NCBI GenBank assembly: GCA_036336835.1
Contig: JAYZFK010000046.1
Coordinates: 32,001 to 96,000, forward strand
Source: Myxococcota bacterium
GTDB lineage: Bacteria; Myxococcota_A; UBA9160; UBA4427
DNA: 64,000 bases
Reading direction: 5' to 3'
The notes under the pieces were generated by a model. The model was not told where the DNA came from and did no database searches. It saw nothing but the letters and a program-made list of their open reading frames with translations. Every line of letters starts with the position of its first letter. Within the stretch, counting starts at the first letter, position 1. A program made the position numbers and the translations under genes. Positions 57,024 to 64,000 of this stretch are shown piece by piece.

Positions 57024-57087
57024 GATTTCTCTCCCGACCATATTCGTGACCGGGCCTCATGATAACGTGCTGTCGCGGGGAACGTGC

Positions 57088-58578
57088 ATGCAGCGATTCA
57101 GACGAGCCAGTGGCAGATCCAGTTCCGGGGGCTTTCGCGTCACAAGCTTGATCGCGGTCGGTGCGCTTGCCGCGTGCACAGTCGGCGGATTCGAAATCGG
57201 ACGCAGCCGGGAAATCGAACGCGGCGAGCAGGCTGCCGCGGCGATCGAGGAGCAAATCGGGCTGGTCGATCACCCTGCGCTCCAACAATACATCGAAGCC
57301 GTCGGGCGTCGGCTGGCCGAGACATCGCCGCGCACGGGTCTCGCGTACCAGTTCCGTCTGCTCGACATGCCGGATCCGAACGCCTTTGCGCTGCCGGGCG
57401 GCGGCGTCTTCGTGACCCGCGGATTGCTCGTGTACTTGAACGACGAAGACGAGCTCGCCTCGGTGCTCGGACACGAGATCGGCCACGTCGTCGCGCGTCA
57501 CCACGCCAAACAGGTGCTCCGCAGCGCCCCCCTCGCCCCGCTGCGAATCGCAACGGGCATCGGAGGCGCCCTCGCCGCGGTCGTGAGTCCCACGCTCGGA
57601 CACACCCTTAGTGCCACCGGCCAGCTCGCCAGCGCGCTCGTGCTTGCACCGTACAGTCGCGAGCAGGAGCGCGAAGCCGATCGCATCGGCCAACGACTCG
57701 CCGCCGACTCGGGCTGGAACCCAGACGCGATGTCGGCCTTCATGGAAACGCTGGGACGCGAGGAGGAGCTGCGCGGCGGCGACCCGAACCGAGCCTCCTT
57801 CCTTGCGACCCATCCCGCGAGCGCCGAACGAGGCCGCGCGGCTCACCGGTACGCCGCCGAGCTGGTGCGCAGCGAGCGCGCTCCGATCGCGCCGGGACGC
57901 CGCGCCTTCCTCGACCGACTGGTCGGCATCCTCGTCGGGAGGAGCGCGGACGAGGGTGTCTTCGACGGCAACGATTTCCTGCACCCGGGCCTGGAGTTTG
58001 CAGTGACACTGCCGGCCGGCTGGGAGCAGCTGAACCAGGACGATTACGTCGGCGCTCTGGAGCGCGAACACAGCTGGGGTGTAATCGTCGCGGTTGCCGC
58101 CGAGGGAGACGACCCGATGGCGGTCGCGCGTGAAGCGGGCCGCCGGCTTCGCTCCACGCACGCAGCCGAGGCGACTGAGATCAGCGGCCTCCGGGCGGCC
58201 CGCAGCCGCGCCCGCGAGAGCAACGTCTCGGCCGAACTCACCTGGATCTCGCATGGCGGCCTCGTGTACCTGGTCAACGGCTTCGCACCCACGCGTGACT
58301 TCGCGCGGGTACACCCGCAGCTGCGTCGCGCGGCCGACAGCTTTCGCGCGCTGTCGGCTGGCGAGCGCAGCAGGATCCGCGAGGACCAGCTCGCCGTCGC
58401 GGAGGCGCGGGCAGACGAAACCCTTGCAACGCTGCTCGAGCGTCAGGGCAGTCGCTGGACCGCTGACGAGGCGGCCATCGCCAACGCTATCCTGCCCAAC
58501 ACTCGCCTCGGCACGGGGCAACCGCTCAAGATCACCCGCCCCGTTCCGATGCCGAACCGGCCTGGAGAAACACGATGA
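57088..58578 (+). CDS. M48 family metalloprotease with C-terminal LysM-like region, predicted lipoprotein
   Basis: Motifs PNAFALPGG, ELASVLGHEIGH, YSREQEREAD, FLATHP. Lipobox LAA-C. Confidence 0.9.
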   Translation: MQRFRRASGRSSSGGFRVTSLIAVGALAACTVGGFEIGRSREIERGEQAAAAIEEQIGLVDHPALQQYIEAVGRRLAETSPRTGLAYQFRLLDMPDPNAFALPGGGVFVTRGLLVYLNDEDELASVLGHEIGHVVARHHAKQVLRSAPLAPLRIATGIGGALAAVVSPTLGHTLSATGQLASALVLAPYSREQEREADRIGQRLAADSGWNPDAMSAFMETLGREEELRGGDPNRASFLATHPASAERGRAAHRYAAELVRSERAPIAPGRRAFLDRLVGILVGRSADEGVFDGNDFLHPGLEFAVTLPAGWEQLNQDDYVGALEREHSWGVIVAVAAEGDDPMAVAREAGRRLRSTHAAEATEISGLRAARSRARESNVSAELTWISHGGLVYLVNGFAPTRDFARVHPQLRRAADSFRALSAGERSRIREDQLAVAEARADETLATLLERQGSRWTADEAAIANAILPNTRLGTGQPLKITRPVPMPNRPGETR

Positions 58579-59132
58579 ACCCGATCTTCCTCGGCTCTGC
58601 GACCTTGGCGGTCGCGTTGACGGCGTCCCTGGCGGGCTGCACGAGCTTCCCCGTCGAGACCGACTACGACCCCGAGATCGATTTCGGCTCGCTCGGGAGC
58701 TACGGGTGGCTCGAGGCGAAGCGCGAGAAGACCGGCGATCCACGCATCGACAACGATCTCCTCGATGCGCGCGTCCGCCGCGCGGTCGACGCGGCGCTGG
58801 CGGCCAAGGGCTACCGCAAGACCGAGGGCGAATCGGCCGACTTCGAAGTCACCTATCACGTCGGTGTCGAGCGGCAGGTCGACGTCCAGACCTATGTCGA
58901 CTCCTACCCGCGCGGCTACCGCTGGTACTCTGGCCCAACTCAAGCCTACACCACCGTACGCGAGTACGATGTCGGCTCGCTCGTGCTCGACATCGTCAGT
59001 CCGAGCGAGAAGCAGCTGATCTGGCGCGGCGCGACCCAGGCGCGGATCAACGACGCCGGCACTCCCGAACAGCGCGAGAAGCGCGCGCGCGCCGCGGTCG
59101 ACGCGATCCTCGCGAAGTTTCCGCCGCAATGA
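58575..59132 (+). CDS. DUF4136 lipoprotein
   Basis: Lipobox LAG-C, DYDP..DF, KGY, EYDVGSLVLDI, LIWRG, C-terminal FPP. Confidence 0.88.
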   Translation: MNPIFLGSATLAVALTASLAGCTSFPVETDYDPEIDFGSLGSYGWLEAKREKTGDPRIDNDLLDARVRRAVDAALAAKGYRKTEGESADFEVTYHVGVERQVDVQTYVDSYPRGYRWYSGPTQAYTTVREYDVGSLVLDIVSPSEKQLIWRGATQARINDAGTPEQREKRARAAVDAILAKFPPQ

Positions 59133-59692
59133 GTCGCCGGTTCGCCGTGCTGCTCTCGATCGTCCTCGCAAGCCTGGCTTCGTGCACGGGACTTCGCGAG
59201 CCGCCCATCGAGATCGATTTCGAGTTCGACCGCCGGGCGCGATTCGATGGACTCGAGAGCTTCGATTTTCACGTGCTTCCAGATTCGGCGCCGAGCGACG
59301 AGCGCATCGACGGACCCCTGTTCAATGCGCGGGTGCAGCGCGCTGTGCAGAGCGTGCTCGAGGAACGGGGCTTCACGCGCGACGCGAGCGGAGAGCCCGA
59401 CTTCCTGATCGTCCACTACGGCATCCTCGACACCGGAGTGGACATCCAGCGCTACGTCGATCTCGAGCTCTTTGGCTACCGCTCCTGGGTGCAGCCGATG
59501 CGGACCAAGGAGATCGTGACAGACTACGACGAAGGCATGTTGATCCTCGACGTCATCGACCCGGCGTCGCGGGCACTGATGTGGCGCGGCTACGGCGAGA
59601 CTCGCGTCAACCCCGGTGCCGCGTCGGCCAAGCGAGCGGCTCGAATGCGTCGCGTGGTGGCGGAGATGCTCGCGAACTTCCCGCCGCGCTGA
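59129..59692 (+). CDS. DUF4136 lipoprotein
   Basis: ATGA overlap with the previous gene. Lipobox LAS-C, RGF, YDEGMLILDVID, LMWRG, C-terminal FPP. Confidence 0.88.
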   Translation: MSRRFAVLLSIVLASLASCTGLREPPIEIDFEFDRRARFDGLESFDFHVLPDSAPSDERIDGPLFNARVQRAVQSVLEERGFTRDASGEPDFLIVHYGILDTGVDIQRYVDLELFGYRSWVQPMRTKEIVTDYDEGMLILDVIDPASRALMWRGYGETRVNPGAASAKRAARMRRVVAEMLANFPPR

Positions 59693-59695
59693 GCG

Positions 59696-59968
59696 TCACG
59701 GCTCGACTGGCACCTGCCGCCAACCCCGATCGGTCATACAGACCATGAACGCACTGCCCTTTGCAACGTGATCGAAGCGCTTCGTCGCGGCCGAGGTGTG
59801 CGCGGCCTCCTCGAGGCAGGCCCGCCGATCGGTCTCGAAGTCGTGATCTCCCGCGCCGGTCCTCGTCCATCGAGCCTTGGGCTCGGGCGCCGGAGTGCTG
59901 CACGCGACGAGTCCGATCCCAGCGATCGACCCGACGAGAGCAAGCGCGGCAACCATCGCTCGATGCAT
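59696..59968 (-). CDS. small hypothetical lipoprotein
   Basis: GAGGAG RBS, lipobox LVA-C, pattern W...D..AC...CM..RGW. Confidence 0.7.
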   Translation of the reverse strand: MHRAMVAALALVGSIAGIGLVACSTPAPEPKARWTRTGAGDHDFETDRRACLEEAAHTSAATKRFDHVAKGSAFMVCMTDRGWRQVPVEP

Positions 59969-60112
59969 ACCGTTTCTCCTCGCGACGACCGCAGGCTAGC
60001 AGGCGCAGAGGCAGTCGGCCGGATGCAAAACCAACTGCAGGCCATCGCGCATTCGTGGTATAGCTGAGCATTCTCCACGCGTCTGGCCGGGTTTTGCACG
60101 GAAGGAATCCAC

Positions 60113-61237
60113 ATGAAGTTCTCGATGATCTTCGAAGCACAAATCGTCGACACGTCTCGCAAGGCTGAATTCCAGATCATGCACGAGTGCGTCGAGCAGG
60201 CCGTGCTCGCGGAGGAGGTCGGCTTCGACAAGGTGTGGGCTGTCGAACACCACTGCCTCCAGTGGTACGCGCACATGAGCGCGCCCGAGACCTTCCTGGC
60301 CTTCGTCGCCGCGAAAACCGAGCGCATCCGCATCGGTCACGGTGTGGTCTGCCTGCCCTTCCGCATGAACCACCCGGTCAAGGTCGCCGAGCGGGTTGCG
60401 ATGCTCGACATCCTGTCGAAGGGGCGCGTCGAGTTCGGCATCGGCAAGGGCGGGACCCCGCAGGAGGCCGGCGCTTTCCAGACCGAGATCGACGAGATCC
60501 CGTCCCAGCTCGAAGAGTCGGCGCGCATGATTCCCGACATGTGGATGAACGAGTTCTACGAGCATCACAGCGAGACATTCGACATGCCCTCGCGGCCGAT
60601 CCTGCCCAAGCCGCACCAGGAGCCGCACCCACCGATGTACCTGGCCTGCACCCGCGAAACGACGCTGAACCAGGCTGGCGAGTGGGGACTCGGCGCGCTC
60701 GTACTCGGCTTCGGTGGCCCCGAGGACATCGCTAAGAAGAATGAGGTCTACCGCGCCGCGGTGAAGCGACGCACCGCCGAGTCGCAGATCCCGCGCTTCC
60801 CGGTCGAGCACCTGTCCGCGCTCTGCCCCGCGATCGTACTCGACGACGAGCAGAAGGCGCGCGCCATCGGTTACCGCGGCCAACGCTACTTTACCGAGGC
60901 GATCGGCTACTGGTACGACCACACGGGCCAAGCCCAGCCACCGCGCGCCGAGATCGCCGACATGGACGACCGCGAGGTCCTCGAACACGCCGGCGAGACG
61001 CTCGTCGCCTACCTCAACGAAGAGAAAATAGAGGTCGGGACCGAGGCCACTGGCATGTACAACCCGAACCACGCCTACGGCGGAGCCGAGGACGCAATCG
61101 GCTATGTCGAACGTCTGGTCGACGCCGGAGCCGACGAGATCATGTTCTTGATCCAGATGGGAACAGTCCCGCAGTGGGCCGCCCTCGATACCATCCGAAA
61201 CCTGGGAGAGAAGGTAATCCCCAACTTCCGGAGCTAG
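60113..61237 (+). CDS. LLM class flavin-dependent oxidoreductase (luciferase-like)
   Basis: Motifs GFDKVWAVEHH, SAPE, HPVKVAER.A.LD.LS.GR, PKP.QEPHPP. Confidence 0.92.
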   Translation: MKFSMIFEAQIVDTSRKAEFQIMHECVEQAVLAEEVGFDKVWAVEHHCLQWYAHMSAPETFLAFVAAKTERIRIGHGVVCLPFRMNHPVKVAERVAMLDILSKGRVEFGIGKGGTPQEAGAFQTEIDEIPSQLEESARMIPDMWMNEFYEHHSETFDMPSRPILPKPHQEPHPPMYLACTRETTLNQAGEWGLGALVLGFGGPEDIAKKNEVYRAAVKRRTAESQIPRFPVEHLSALCPAIVLDDEQKARAIGYRGQRYFTEAIGYWYDHTGQAQPPRAEIADMDDREVLEHAGETLVAYLNEEKIEVGTEATGMYNPNHAYGGAEDAIGYVERLVDAGADEIMFLIQMGTVPQWAALDTIRNLGEKVIPNFRS

Positions 61238-61251
61238 GCAGAGCGCGGACC

Positions 61252-62394
61252 CTACGCCTCCTCCTCCTCCTGAGCGCCCAGCTCGTCCGAAGAGATCGGC
61301 CAGGTGACGATCTCGTGCGGCAGTGCCTCCCCCGGCGACGAAGACCGCTCCAGCACCAGATCGTTCAGTCGATCGATCAGCTGGCGCAGCCGACCGACCC
61401 GCCGGCGGTCGAGCGAAAGCAGCAGGCGCTGCAACCCCGGTCCCTCTCCCGCCTCTTCCTCGAGTGGAGTACCGACCTCGATCGGACCCTCCGTCAGCAT
61501 GTCGGCGAAGTCCTCGTTCAGAGCGGCGAGCTGCACCTCGTTGGGAGCCACTCGAAGGCGGATCACCAGCCGCCCGTTGACATGGCGGCTCGAATGATAG
61601 TTGCTGTAGAAGTTCTCGATCTCCTCGAGCGCCTCTTCGAGATCATCCGTCACCTTGAACAGCGCGAAATCGTCGTCACTGATCCAGGACGGGCGCTCGA
61701 GCTGTGAGCGAATGAAGCGATGCCAACCTCGCCAGTAGCTCCCGCCCGGCCGGTCGAGGAACACGACCGGCAGGATCTCGCTCTTGCCGGTCTGGATCAG
61801 AGTGAGCGCTTCGAACCCTTCGTCGAGCGTGCCGAAGCCTCCGGGTAGCAGCACGAAGGCGTGGGCCTCCTTCACGAACGTGACCTTCCTCGTGAAGAAA
61901 TAACGGAAGTTGATCAGCTTCTCGTCACCGGCGATCGTCTCGTTCGCCAGCTGCTCGAAGGGAAGCTGGATGTTCACGCCAAACGACGAGGCACGACCCG
62001 CACCGCGCTGTGCGGCCTCCATGACGCCGCCACCCGCACCGGTGATCACCATCCAGCCTGACTCGACGACACGCTTCGCGAACCCGAAGGCCTGATCCCA
62101 CTCGGGAGTTCCAGGCGCCGTCCGCGCGCTACCGAACACCGCCACCTTTCGAACGTTCGCATAGGGTCGAAAGACACGGAAAGAGTGGCGTAGCTCCTTC
62201 AGCGCGCGATTGGCGAGCCTCAGGTCGCCGAGCGAAGCGCCGTCGCGCAGCAGCCGCAGACCCGTCACGAGCACCTGTCGCACCAGACCGCGGCCGCGCG
62301 TATTCCCGTACACCCTTGCCGCGTGGTCGATCAGAGCATCCAACTCCTCGTTGAGCTCTGGGTCGCGCAGCGTATAGAGGCGGTTGCGGGGCAT
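61252..62394 (-). CDS. LOG family (TIGR00730) nucleotide phosphoribohydrolase, long form
   Basis: Motifs VFGSAR, TGAGGGVM, FRYFFTRK..FVK, PGGFGTLDE. Confidence 0.92.
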   Translation of the reverse strand: MPRNRLYTLRDPELNEELDALIDHAARVYGNTRGRGLVRQVLVTGLRLLRDGASLGDLRLANRALKELRHSFRVFRPYANVRKVAVFGSARTAPGTPEWDQAFGFAKRVVESGWMVITGAGGGVMEAAQRGAGRASSFGVNIQLPFEQLANETIAGDEKLINFRYFFTRKVTFVKEAHAFVLLPGGFGTLDEGFEALTLIQTGKSEILPVVFLDRPGGSYWRGWHRFIRSQLERPSWISDDDFALFKVTDDLEEALEEIENFYSNYHSSRHVNGRLVIRLRVAPNEVQLAALNEDFADMLTEGPIEVGTPLEEEAGEGPGLQRLLLSLDRRRVGRLRQLIDRLNDLVLERSSSPGEALPHEIVTWPISSDELGAQEEEEA

Positions 62395-62474
62395 GCGGGA
62401 AACATACCGATCCGCAGGAGCTGCACCAGCTTGTTGCCGGCACGCCCGCGATCGTGCTCTACTCTTCCGAAGTC

Positions 62475-63053
62475 ATGTCCGGCCAGGACCACGACAGCCT
62501 CCCGCTGAAGGCCGCGCTCGCCCGATACTTCGTCACGAACGGGTTCGCGCCGGACGGCGGATATGGCGCAAGCTGGGTGACCGGGAAATTCGGACCCGTT
62601 CCGTTCGCCTTTCCCAACCTCGAAGCGCGCGTTCGCGCGGTGCGTTTCCACGATCTACACCACATCGTTACCGGATATGACACCGACAGCGCAGGCGAGG
62701 GCGAAATCTCTGCCTGGGAGATCGCGACCGGCTGTGGGACCTTCTGGGCAGCCTGGCTCCTCAATTTGAGCGGAATGACCGTTCTCTTCCCAGTTGCTCC
62801 GAGGCGGATCTATCGCGCCTTCGTGCGGGGACGCCACAGCGAGAACCTCTACCGGCGCGAGTACGACTCGCAGCTCCTGGCCACTTCCGTCGGCGAGATC
62901 CGGCAACAGCTCCTGGGCGGCGAGACGATATCCGCCACGGCCCGAGACAGGGCGGCCTTCGGACTCTGGTTCGCAGTGGGAGCATGCGCCACGCTCGCTC
63001 CGCTCGGAATCCTGCTGGCAACGCTCGTCGCGGCGACCCGCTGGATCGCCTGA
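62475..63053 (+). CDS. Coq4-like HDxxH metal-binding membrane protein
   Basis: HDLHHIVTGYDTD..GE (HDxxH-x11-E). Hydrophobic C-terminus. Confidence 0.7.
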   Translation: MSGQDHDSLPLKAALARYFVTNGFAPDGGYGASWVTGKFGPVPFAFPNLEARVRAVRFHDLHHIVTGYDTDSAGEGEISAWEIATGCGTFWAAWLLNLSGMTVLFPVAPRRIYRAFVRGRHSENLYRREYDSQLLATSVGEIRQQLLGGETISATARDRAAFGLWFAVGACATLAPLGILLATLVAATRWIA

Positions 63054-63072
63054 CCGCGCCGGGACAGTCACC

Positions 63073-63747
63073 TCACGCGAGGGGAAGGGCACCCCAGGCG
63101 ATCCAGTGGCGATCCGAGACGACCTCCACCCTCAGCCCCCCGAGATCGCGAACCTCGAGCTGCTCACGCACCTCGTCCGGAGTGTAGGCGGCGCAGAGCG
63201 ACGCCTCGAAGTCCCGCCGCAGCACCTCGGGCTCGCCGGCCGCATAGAGCTCGACGAGCTCGCGCACGCGCTCGCGAGACCCCGGACGGAGCAGATCCAT
63301 CACGAACAGCGACGCTCCCGGACGCGCGACAGCCCGCGCCGTCGTCCACAGACCCGCCGGATCGGCGAGATGATGCAGCAGGCTGTTCGAGAACACGAGA
63401 TCGAACGGCGCTCCGGGCAGCTCGCGGGCCGGGAGCAACCGCTCGTATAGATGAACGCGCTGCTCGAGCGCCGCGACGCGCGCCCCCTCGCGGCCGCGCG
63501 CGAGCATCGCTGCGGAGCCATCGACTCCGTACAGCTGCCAGCCCGCAAGACGCTCCGCCAGGCGCAGCGTGATCTCGGCTGGCCCACAGCCGAGATCGAC
63601 GCAAACACCGCTGGCCGGAAGCCCGCCCAGTCGACCGAGCAGCAGCTCGACGCAGTGCGCGTGGGGCAGCTCGAAATCGCCCTCTGCGTACGCACGGACC
63701 TGGTCGCTGTCGAGCATCAGCTCGGGCTCCGGGACTCGCTCCATCAT
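63073..63747 (-). CDS. class I SAM-dependent methyltransferase
   Basis: Motifs MERVPEPELM, VDLGCGP, GVDGSAAML, SNSLLHH, DLLRP. Confidence 0.92.
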   Translation of the reverse strand: MMERVPEPELMLDSDQVRAYAEGDFELPHAHCVELLLGRLGGLPASGVCVDLGCGPAEITLRLAERLAGWQLYGVDGSAAMLARGREGARVAALEQRVHLYERLLPARELPGAPFDLVFSNSLLHHLADPAGLWTTARAVARPGASLFVMDLLRPGSRERVRELVELYAAGEPEVLRRDFEASLCAAYTPDEVREQLEVRDLGGLRVEVVSDRHWIAWGALPLA

Positions 63748-64000
63748 CAGCCCTCGCTTCTCATGCGGGAGACCCCCCGCGACCGCTGCCGAGAGGCTCG
63801 GCGCCGCGCCTTCATCGCACGCGAGCTGAGATCACACGCCCGAGGTTCACGAGCCCCAGGGCCGACGCGACCGGCAGTCCAATCCACAGAGCCTCGTTTG
63901 CAAGCACGCGCATCCCCCGCGCACCAAAGGCGTGCGCCGGATCGATCGACGATGTCATGATCGGCCGAAACGGAGCGAACAGCCGCTCGTCGGAGAACGG

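Noticed and set aside
63748..64000. Possible gene at the right edge of the window
   Set aside because: No ORF with recognisable motifs or convincing start signals in the available sequence.
1..64000. CRISPR arrays, IS elements, rRNA/tRNA genes, defence systems
   Set aside because: I found no regularly spaced repeats, transposase/integrase/nuclease motifs or structural RNA signatures by eye.

Overview
This is a high-GC, gene-dense bacterial chromosomal region with about 60 CDSs. I saw no rRNA, tRNA, CRISPR array, transposase or integrase. The gene content suggests a Gram-negative Myxococcota/deltaproteobacterium-like heterotroph (inference only): three paired acyl-CoA dehydrogenase loci, three LLM oxidoreductases, DUF3604, a PEP-CTERM protein and many lipoproteins. 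Most of the window is lipid/aromatic catabolism and secreted hydrolases. Highlights not visible in the ORF track: (1) a four-gene operon at 23793-27299 (outer-membrane porin, FMN-binding flavinylation target, His-bearing membrane protein, divergent ApbE) behind a Fur-box-like palindrome, which is the best candidate for an undescribed flavin-based iron/redox uptake system; (2) selD is a selenoprotein gene split in the ORF track by an in-frame UGA followed by a SECIS-like hairpin; (3) an AT-rich sigma70 promoter, about 50 nt of sequence and an intrinsic terminator between divergent genes (candidate sRNA); (4) a reprolysin/ADAM-like metzincin with beta-propeller and PEP-CTERM tail plus a coupled partner gene; (5) a sigma54 promoter with tandem NtrC-type sites before amtB; (6) a CarF/TMEM189-family desaturase that appears to lack the plasmalogen-specific His, upstream of a glutathione peroxidase; (7) a 1-nt frameshift fusing a DUF4136 lipoprotein to a YbjL-like transporter; (8) repeated leaderless-mRNA signatures. 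Start codons were chosen by eye and family calls come from motif recognition, not database searches.
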